A stretch of 63,469 bases of DNA, the filler included, from Octopus bimaculoides (Eukaryota): assembly GCF_001194135.2 (NCBI RefSeq). It is 4 parts of 3 records of this genome, joined end to end, with 100 filler letters (N's around TTAATTAATTAA, not from the genome) between each part and the next. Parts side by side here need not be neighbours in the genome. Positions count along the whole stretch, not along the records: positions 52,590 to 63,469 come from NC_069002.1; 3 more parts are not named here. One strand, given 5' to 3'. Every line of letters begins with the position of its first letter. Position 1 is the stretch's first letter. Position numbers and translations under genes: made by a program. Under the pieces are notes generated by a model. The model did not search any database, was not told the DNA's origin, and was given only the letters and a program-made list of their open reading frames with translations. This document shows, piece after piece, positions 52,640 to 63,469 of the stretch.

Positions 52640-53520
52640 CAGAAAAGAGAGAAAGAGAGAGAAGAATGAGTTTAAGAAAGGCATGAGGAAAAGTTAAATG
52701 TCAGAAATGAAGAAAAGTTAGGGGAAATGACCCAGGAGGAAGGAATAAAAGGCGAAAGAAATTTTGAAATGATGTGGAGCAGAAGTTAATTAGACTTATG
52801 TCAGAAGGTAAAAAAAAAACGTCTGGGGCGTGGGGGAGGGGAAGAAAAAAAACGACAATTATCTAAAATGAAAATTAGTCAAAGTAGAAGACAAAATATA
52901 GAATGAAGATGAAAGAGACTAGGAAGAAAGTGAACAAGGAAATAAACGAAGGAAGGAAGGAACGAACGAACGAACGAACGAGAAATAAATGAAGGAAACG
53001 AAGGTAGAATTCAAGGAAGAAGAAAGTTAGAAAGGACGAAATAGGATGTCATAAGAATGGAAATAAAAGAAAAAAAAATTGAAAATGGAATTGGGAAATA
53101 CGAAATGTCTGAAAATAATGAACTCCAAAGCGTAATGTGACGGTAAAGAAAAGAGGAGAAAAAATCCTAAGGAAAAGACGATAAGAAGAATGGGAACAAC
53201 TGCCTTATTGAAGTTAAACAGAAGATAATTGGATTTAAAAGAGAAATGAAAGAGAGAAAGTGAGATAGACAGGAAGGAAGGAAGGAAGGGTATGGGAGGG
53301 AGGAAGGAAGGAAAGAAAAGACAGGAAAAAGCAAACAAAGAAGGAAGGATGAGAGAAACAGATAGATAGACAAAATGAAAAAGAGAAAGAAGCAAGGATA
53401 CAAAGAAAACGAAGGGATAAGAGGAACATACAAAAGAAAAGAAGGAAAGAAAGAAAGAAAGAAAGACGCGTGAAAGAGTCAAAGAAGAAACTGAAGAGAG
53501 AGTTTTGGAAGGAAAGGACG
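52640..53520. repeat. Purine-rich low-complexity tract (GAAA/GGAA/GAAC)
   Basis: Base composition; explains the F/L/S-rich minus-strand ORFs. Confidence 0.9.
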
Positions 53521-53689
53521 AAAAACGAAGAAATAAATTACGAAGAATTTCGTCAAGAATTTCGTAAACTGGATATCTTTGAAAGATCTAAGAACTCAGA
53601 ATATAGCCAGGAAGCACCAATCAACAATAAAGCCATAAACATGAGCGATTTTGAAGGAAATTGGAACATATGCACAAAGCTATAAAGAT

Positions 53690-53900
53690 AAACCATAAAT
53701 CTGCACAGGACCAGAATATCCATCATTCGTTCATGCTGTTTTCCAGCCCTTTTGGAGAAATGACACTTTTCAACACTTATTCTTAAACACTTCTCCACTG
53801 GCCATAGGTACTCCAAATTATTCAACACAGCCGGAAGAATATTCCGTTTGAATTGCATGTAACATCGAATTTTTGACATTCAAATCAAAAATAACCGTGT
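53690..53900 (+). mobile_element. Possible PLE remnant (RT-EN linker)
   Basis: TLILKHFSTGHRYSKLFNT resembles the PLE LI.KHFP..H.Y.KLFN motif. Confidence 0.5.
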
Positions 53901-55943
53901 AGCTAGGACCTTTTTCATACAAATATAGAGGCACTTGGAATGGTCGAAAACTGTAGATGTAAAGCAGAAATTACTGAAAATGAATTAATCTATGAGACAA
54001 TAATACTGTAGTGTGGATAGACAAAAAGCTGTATCGGGCAACAAGATGGACTTTGAAACACATGGAAGCAACATTTATAGAATGAGCGTATATTCATTAC
54101 TTTAGTGATATTAATTCAAATATATGCAAGACAGTACATAAAGATTTGAGGACGTGAAATGTTTGCAAAAAAGCAACATAATTATATAACGAATGTATTT
54201 GCTATAAAGAAGGCGTGGCTGTGTGGTAAGCCACCTGCTTTCCAACCACATGGTTCCGGGTACAGTCCCACCGCGTGGCTCCTTGGGCAAGTGTTTTCTA
54301 CTATAGCCTCGGGCTATAGTAGATTTGGTTGACGGAAACTGAAAGAAGCACGTCGTATATATGTATATGTATATATATGTATGTGTGTGTATATGTTTGT
54401 GTGTCTGTGTTTTTCCCCTCCCCAACATCGCTTGACAACCGATGCTGGTGTGTTTACGTCCCCGTAACTTCGTAGTTCGATAGACTAAGTAGTAGGACCG
54501 ATAGAATAAGTACTAGGCTTGCAAAGAATAAGTCCTGGGGTCGATTTGCTCGACTAAAAAAGGCGATGCTCCAGCATGGCTGCAGTCAAATGACTGAAAC
54601 AAGTAAAAGAGTAAAAGAGAGTATTTATACCAAAATACAAGTAAATTTTAAAGAATTCAATATACAATATGCTTAATTTTTGGCATGGATAAATAAAATT
54701 TTTACAAATAATAGATAAAAAATACCAATTTATTTACATCTGTGAAATTTACAGAACACAGCCATCCTCCATGACTTGTCAGCAAACACTGAGTCAGAAT
54801 CACGAGATCTTGGTTATATATGCGTTTTAGAGGTGTCCAATGAATTGGTAACTTTGATTCAACTTAATTGTAATTTATATTTCTTTTATAATTTATGCTG
54901 AAAATAGTACAATACATTGGACAAAGTGACTGATGGGTTTAAAGTAGATATAATGACCAACACAAGAAAACAACCACTGAATTAGACGACGAAAAGTGAT
55001 AAAAGAATCAAAATGATGAGGAAATTGAGTGACAGACACGGGGCAACCATCGAATCAGTCACTGGAAACGATAAGAGTATCATAAAAAATATCAATTAAA
55101 AACACTTGACGTCTTAGATCTAACTGCGTATTTCGTCACCAATAGAAGAATTTATACTGAAAAAAAAAACATCTGACATTTACAAACCGCCCAATGAATG
55201 GGAAGTCATTTAATATTACGAAAAAAAATAAACTTAACACGCTTTTTCTGTGATATCAATTTGCAAAAATCAACAATATTCACCCAATTATTTTAGTTAC
55301 GTGAAAGTGGAGTCGAGAGTAAATAGATTCTGTTTAAATCAATAATATACTCTATATAGTGTATTGAGTTATTGAGTACTCCTTTACGCTTTTGTTAACT
55401 AATTCTACAATGAGAGTGTACATGCACGCATATACACACGCACAGACACACATACAAATGACACATGAAGGGTGAAACATGTATATAAATATACAAACAT
55501 GTATGCATATGAACATATATACATACATACACATACATACATACATACACACACATATAGGAAGAGAGAGATTACTTTCATATTCTTTTGTTAAATAAGT
55601 CTGAAATTTTAGTGTGTGTGTAAGTATGTGTGTATGTATATATATNNNNNNNNNNNNNNNNNNNNNNNNNNNNNNNNNNNNNNNNNNNNNNNNNNNNNNN
55701 NNNNNNNNNNNNNNNNNNNNNNNNNNNNNNNNNNNNNNNNNNNNNNNNNNNNNNNNNNNNNNNNNNNNNNNNNNNNNNNNNNNNNNNNNNNNNNNNNNNN
55801 NNNNNNNNNNNNNNNNNNNNNNNNNNNNNNNNNNNNNNNNNNNNNNNNNNNNNNNNNNNNNNNNNNNNNNNNNNNNNNNNNNNNNNNNNNNNNNNNNNNN
55901 NNNNNNNNNNNNNNNNNNNNNNNNNNNNNNNNNNNNNNNNNNN

Positions 55944-55991
<48 letters not shown>

Positions 55992-56121
55992 ATGTATGAA
56001 TGTGTGTATATATGTATGCCAGAGTGAGACATATATACTTATAAACGTACATATGCACACCTACGCGTAGATATCTCTATATGAATACATGTATACATAC
56101 ATGCTGATATATATTTATACA

Positions 56122-56211
<90 letters not shown>

Positions 56212-56472
56212 TGTATAAAGAATCCGAAAGAAGTATGAGAGCCTGTACTGCGGCAATATAAAAGAAATTACGTGCTAGCAATAGGCGACTGAAGATGTTA
56301 AAATCGATAAACGGATCTTAAAATTCCACTTATAACTTCTATTTTTCAATTGGGAATTAAACTTCTGGAAAATATTGAACATGTTTCTACAGTATTTTCA
56401 CTTTATAAGTAAGTTTTTTTTTATCGTTATCATTGTTATTGTTATTGCCAGTAGTAGTAGTAGTAGTAGTAG

Positions 56473-56510
<38 letters not shown>

Positions 56511-58030
56511 TTACTACTACTACTACTAATTTGGTCATCATATTTTTACGATCATCTTCATATTTCATTGTTATAGTCGTTCTTATTGTTGTTTTTGTGG
56601 CTTTTTCATTATTGTATTGAACGTAATACTAACCAATCTCGTTACAAATATTATAATTATTGTTAACGCAGTGAGCTGGCAGAATCGTTAGAGCGTCGAG
56701 TGAAATGCTGAGTGGCATTTCGTTCGTCATTACGTTCTGAGTTCAAATTCCGCCGTGATCGAATTTACTTTTCATCCTCCTAGGTCGATAAAATAACTAC
56801 TAGTTGAACGTTGGAATCGACGTAATTGACTTGGTTCTTCCCTAAAAACTGATGGACTAGCACCAAAATTTGTAATCATTATCATTTTTTGTAAATATTA
56901 TTGAGTGGGAGAGCAGTGCATGCCATCACAGTGACACTGGGGTAAAATATACTAAGCCCATTACACCCATCATGACTACTCGTATGATGAGGGTACACCA
57001 GGCACACGCAACAAAATTATAAGTGCGTGACATGGCATTCTCATATCAAAATAAACAGCGCATGAACTTGCAGGTGGGACCCAGTTAGAATTTTCTTCAG
57101 ATCGAGTAGCCCATCCCACTCAAAAGGTCCCTGAATAAAGGTTTGAGGATGTTGAACGAAACACTCATGTTTCCAAAGGTGGATTATCCAAAGCCTAAAG
57201 AATTCCTCTTAATACATGGCTATGATACACTCCCACTCTTGATCAGAGATGCACATATCGTCAGCCACTAAAGGACATGCTCAATCGGTTAAGGTCAAAC
57301 AACTGGAAGCAAATCTGTGGTATTGAGCAGAATATTTGCTGTAGCCCATCTTTTATACCAAGACAAAACAATGTACAAAATAACACAATAGATAGATAGA
57401 TAGATAGATAGACAGATAGATAGACGGATAGATACACATATGCACTTACCTACACGTACATACACGTGCACACACAAACACACATTTATACATGCATTCA
57501 TATATATANNNNNNNNNNNNNNNNNNNNNNNNNNNNNNNNNNNNNNNNNNNNNNNNNNNNNNNNNNNNNNNNNNNNNNNNNNNNNNNNNNNNNNNNNNNN
57601 NNNNNNNNNNNNNNNNNNNNNNNNNNNNNNNNNNNNNNNNNNNNNNNNNNNNNNNNNNNNNNNNNNNNNNNNNNNNNNNNNNNNNNNNNNNNNNNNNNNN
57701 NNNNNNNNNNNNNNNNNNNNNNNNNNNNNNNNNNNNNNNNNNNNNNNNNNNNNNNNNNNNNNNNNNNNNNNNNNNNNNNNNNNNNNNNNNNNNNNNNNNN
57801 NNNNNNNNNNNNNNNNNNNNNNNNNNNNNNNNNNNNNNNNNNNNNNNNNNNNNNNNNNNNNNNNNNNNNNNNNNNNNNNNNNNNNNNNNNNNNNNNNNNN
57901 NNNNNNNNNNNNNNNNNNNNNNNNNNNNNNNNNNNNNNNNNNNNNNNNNNNNNNNNNNNNNNNNNNNNNNNNNNNNNNNNNNNNNNNNNNNNNNNNNNNN
58001 NNNNNNNNNNNNNNNNNNNNNNNNNNNNNN

Positions 58031-58065
<35 letters not shown>

Positions 58066-58404
58066 TTATACATATGTATGCTGCATATACATGTGTACGT
58101 ATTATTTTAATACATATTTTGAACCATTGTAGGAAATAATTTATTTTATAAATAAACATCCGTTGCAATACTTAATTATCAAATACTCATAAAATTTCAG
58201 TTAATTACAGTTGCCGAGTTTAATTAAAATACCTTCTTGCTTCAGTGGATAATTGTCCAAAATATTTATTAAACATTTAATGTAGAAATAACATAAAGTA
58301 AAGTCAAAATCTGTGACATACCACATTAAAGAGAGAGACACCACGAACTCATGTGTGTGCGTTTCACACGTCACGTCGCCCGAGTCTGAGATAATTACAC
58401 ATAC

Positions 58405-58440
58405 TAAATCTTGTCCGTTCAATACGTCATGTTCCGCCAT
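58405..58440 (-). CDS. Possible first coding exon of an unidentified gene (MAEHDVLNGQDL)
   Basis: CAAGATGGCGG start context (YY1/Kozak-like), |GTATGT donor, locally CpG-rich. No downstream exon recognised. Confidence 0.35.
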
Positions 58441-59088
58441 CTTGTTTTCGTGAGCTATTTTAATTTCAGACAAATCTAAGCCGTTCCCACTCTCTTTATT
58501 TCACACCTCTTTCTCTCCCGCTTTTCTCCCATTTCTTCCTCACGCATTTCTCTCTTTGATTTTTACTCCCTTTCACCTTTTCTCCCACTACTCTCCCTTG
58601 TTTCTCTCCATCCCTTTTTTGTCATTCCTTCTCTCCCTCTTTCCTCTTTCAGTCTCTCCTTTTCCTTCTCTTTCTCGTCCTCTCTCTTTAATCACTCTAT
58701 ACTTGCTACCGAATATATTTTCATCCTTTACCTCTATGAATCAAATTTTCTTTCGTTCGTTCTCTATGTGTGTGTGTGTGAATGAGTGTGAATGAGTGTG
58801 TGAATGAGTGCCTGAGGGAGTGGTTTCTATGTGTGTGTGTGTATGTGTGAGAGTGTGTGCGTGCGTGTTGCGCACCACCATCCTTTTGTATCTTCTGAAC
58901 TTATTCTCTGTCAGTCTTTTCCCTATCCCCTCCACAGTTTTTCCCCCCTTATCATTTTCTATAGCTTTTCTTATGAACTATGCAACGAACCAACATTCAC
59001 ATGCACGTACATGAACGCTCTACATATATTTTCCCTCTCTCTCCTCCTTCGCAAACACACAGCATACGCACCTATAAACAAAAGGCAT

Positions 59089-59170
<82 letters not shown>

Positions 59171-59664
59171 ACACACACACACACACACAGACCCACCCTA
59201 TAATACGGACAACAATAACAAATATATGAAACTGATATAAATGCACTGAAATGAATAAAGAAAAGAATTAAAAGCAAACAATCAAACGACTTAGAATTGT
59301 TGAAATCAAATTTACCATTCCTATTATCATATTTATAGAATGTCATCATTTATCAATGATATCAATCGGATTGCAGATCAAAGTATAGCAATTCTAATTA
59401 GAAGAATTTGGTTATTGCTCTTTGAAGATTGTGTTGTGGTTTTTTAGACTTCCTCAGCCATTGGTACTGTATGTTCTTTTCCTGCATTTCAAACATCTAT
59501 CTATCTAGCTAGCTAGCTGTCTGTCTGTCTGCTTGCCTCTTGATCTTCCTGCCTTTGTGTCTATGTATCTATCTATCTAGCTAGCTAGCTATCTAGCTAT
59601 TTATTCTGCTATCCACGATCAGTCTATCTATTTATTTATCTATCCAGTTATCTCTGTTTATCTC

Positions 59665-60052
<388 letters not shown>

Positions 60053-60594
60053 TAATCTACCTGTCTATCTGTTTGTCTATCTATCAATCTAGCTATTTAC
60101 CTAGATATGTCCCTATCTACCTATCTGCTTATCTACGTATTTAACTATCTACCTACGTTTTTTAAGTCTGGTAAACATGCACACATTCAAACACACGCGC
60201 ACCCATATTTGTGTGTTTTCATGTCTGCGTATGTACCCACATGACCGCTTGACAGCAGGTGTTGGTGTGTTTATGTCCCCGTAACTTAGAGGTTCGGCAA
60301 AAGACACCGATAGAATAAGTACTAGGCTTACAAAGAATAAGTTCTGGGTCGACTTGCTCGACTAAAGGCGGTGCTCCAGCATGGCAACAGTCAAATGACT
60401 GAAACAAGTAAAAGAGTAAAGAAATATGTATATATATATATATATATATATNNNNNNNNNNNNNNNNNNNNNNNNNNNNNNNNNNNNNNNNNNNNNNNNN
60501 NNNNNNNNNNNNNNNNNNNNNNNNNNNNNNNNNNNNNNNNNNNNNNNNNNNNNNNNNNNNNNNGAGAGAGAGAGAGAGAGAGAGAGAGATATAT

Positions 60595-60669
<75 letters not shown>

Positions 60670-61085
60670 CATGTACATATATAAGCATGTATGCATATAT
60701 GTATATATACACACATATATCTACGTGTGCGAGTGTGTGGCGTGTGTGTGTGTATGTGTGTATGTTTTCAAGTAGGAGTGTGGGAGTATGTTTATATAGA
60801 GAGAGATACAGGCGCAATCGCCGGTAGATTAGCGCGAGGTACAATGATTGCGTCCAACCTTTACGAGGATATCTTTCTCCTTTCTCTATTATAGCAAGCA
60901 AATCCAATTGAAAACTGTTATTGAGTGAAAGGTGTGAAGTGTGAAGTTACAAAAGGAGAATATTAACAATAATAAATGTGATTACTTGTTCAACATAAAA
61001 CAGCACCAAGTTGCGAGACGATGGAGGGAAAGATACCGGATATAAATGTATATTGAGAGGGAGAGAAGCATGAAGGTAGATAGAC

Positions 61086-61146
<61 letters not shown>

Positions 61147-61573
61147 TAGCATGATAGAGTTTCGTCCTGGTGTGACTACGTTCAATAAAAGCGTTTCATC
61201 CCGTTTTTGAAGTCATTTATTGGAAAAGACTTTTGTGTCATTGCATGTCTGTAACAAGGTGTACTATATGTGTATACGGAAGGCTATAAATGTGTTCGTG
61301 TTGACATTTATATGTATTTGTATGTATGTATGTATGTATGTATGTATGTATGTATGTATGTATGCATGTATGTATGTATGTATGTTTGTATGAGCGTGTG
61401 TGTTTATACGTAGATCGCCGTGTGCATATATATATATATATATGCGCATCAAATATTATATAAGGCAAAATGGCTGAGTCAATAAATGCATGCGTGCGAA
61501 CGTAGTCGTGTGTAGAACTCGCAATATGCGATACATATTTGTATGTTACATACTTCATATCTATCTATATCTA

Positions 61574-61619
<46 letters not shown>

Positions 61620-61705
61620 TATATATATTTTTATACATGAATATATATATTCATATATCTGTGTATCCATCTATGTATATCTATGTGTTTAAGTATGTAT
61701 ATGTG

Positions 61706-61748
<43 letters not shown>

Positions 61749-62483
61749 TTGTGTGGGTGTATGCGTACATGTACGTACATGTATAAAATACGAGTGTATG
61801 TGTGCCTACACGTGATTACGTCTGTGCGTGCGTGCCTCTGTGTATGTGTACGTGTGTGTCTGCGTGCGTGTGTGTGTGTGTGTATGTATGTGGTGTGTTC
61901 GTCTGATAGTAAATTGAATCTAACTTTCCTTTGAAACATGTTACATTAAAGTCATATCTGTGTTTGACTTTAATCTTTTTTATCAAGGATTTTTCGCATA
62001 TCCATGTCTCTCTATTACGTACCGTTTGAAACAATAGCATTTCTAAATCAGTTTTTCTATTAACAGTACAAGAACATTCTTGGCGTCATGACCGTAATAA
62101 AATGGCGGTCACAAGGTGTAATATTCGCGCGCTTTGCCGTAGGTGGCAAAACATTATGGAGGATGCAGTTAAAACTATCAGACTTTCATGTGATCTACTG
62201 CTTAGGGTTGTTTTGATCACGACCATGGGTTCGCAGGTTCGATTCTCGGACCGGATATAAAGGCATTTTGAGTCCTTGGGCAAGACTCTTCATTTTGCAT
62301 ACCGGTCAAATGTTGGTGCCGCCCTTTCTACGCCCAAAGATGCAAGCAATGACTTTGTGATTAGGAAGCTCGCTTTGTACTCAAGTGGTTTCGAGTTCGT
62401 TTCTACCGCCTGGCACCGTGGGCAAGGTTTTTTATTATACCCCTTTATTTTCCGCATGTTGTGTTTTGACGGTTTGAAGACAT

Positions 62484-62587
<104 letters not shown>

Positions 62588-63469
62588 CACACACACATAC
62601 ATAGACACACATACATACACACACACACGTACAAATATAGATATTTGTCTTTTAGGTTTGGTAGATACTCGCTGAACTTGGTATAACCAACAGCATCAAG
62701 AACTCTCTGCACGCGTAATCTCAGAACTAAAACCAATATCTTCAGAGCCACAACCCACTGGCTAAAATCATTCTTTCTCAACCCTGGGACAACAGAACGA
62801 CAAATCTTCATCTTTAAAAATCTTAACGTAAAATCTTATTCCCAAACTAAGAATTTCTGTAATTCTAGTCTTCGCACTAACATTACACTTCAAACAATTT
62901 CTTAAAATGGGAAAGCAACCGATCAATATACGAACGTAAATTCGATTTACGAAGACATTTGTACGCTGTTTCGTTGGTTGATATTAAGGTGATCATTGGC
63001 GTTGAACACTATAAAATCTACTAGTTTTCTAGTAACGTACTTCCAATTAAGAAGGTCAGCAATGTTTTATATCTACAACATATGATTTTTATCTCATTTG
63101 GTGAATTATAAAAATTTCTTGTCTCTCTTAAAATAGTTTCTCTTCTTGCTCAAGCAGTAATCATCCTTGTATTGTATGGAATGGGTGTCTGTGTGTGTGT
63201 GTCTGTTTGCGTGTGTGTGTGTGTGTCTGTGTGTGTGTTTATGTGTGTATGCGCGCGCTTGTATGTGCGTGCATATGCATTTATGTATGGATAATATATA
63301 TACATAGAAACATATATATACTGACACATACACACAAGCACCTATATAAGTATATATATATATATATATATGTATGAATGAATCTGTACATATCCATATG
63401 TGAGTGTGTATATGTATGTATGTATCTGTATATATGCGTGTGTGTGTAGGTTTGTATATATATATATAT

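Noticed and set aside
56286-56320. CTGAAGA followed by GATAAAC
   Set aside because: No GAAA, and no stem I or stem III.
62690-62900. ELSARVISELK, a possible GIY-YIG tail
   Set aside because: Too short and decayed to call without an alignment.

Overview
AT-rich, microsatellite-dense animal genomic DNA. The repeat families look like octopus to me (recalled, not checked against a database). The window is not contiguous: three identical 100-bp spacers (44 N + TTAATTAATTAA + 44 N) join four apparently unrelated scaffolds at 1-22957, 23058-39781, 39882-52489 and 52590-63469. Scaffold 1 has no recognisable host gene and is a graveyard of Penelope-like elements (PLEs), with degenerate RT and GIY-YIG remnants and two hammerhead-ribozyme (HHR) motifs. 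Scaffold 2 carries six frame-consistent exons of an ABCA transporter, one with a GC-AG intron. Scaffold 3 carries five frame-consistent exons of a DNAH5/8-type axonemal dynein heavy chain. It ends in a CpG-rich, hairpin-packed 228-nt element with an apparently intact extended type I HHR (52284-52352), the most interesting signal here. Scaffold 4 is mostly repeats plus a possible first exon. Most ORFs in the supplied track are microsatellite or N-gap artefacts.
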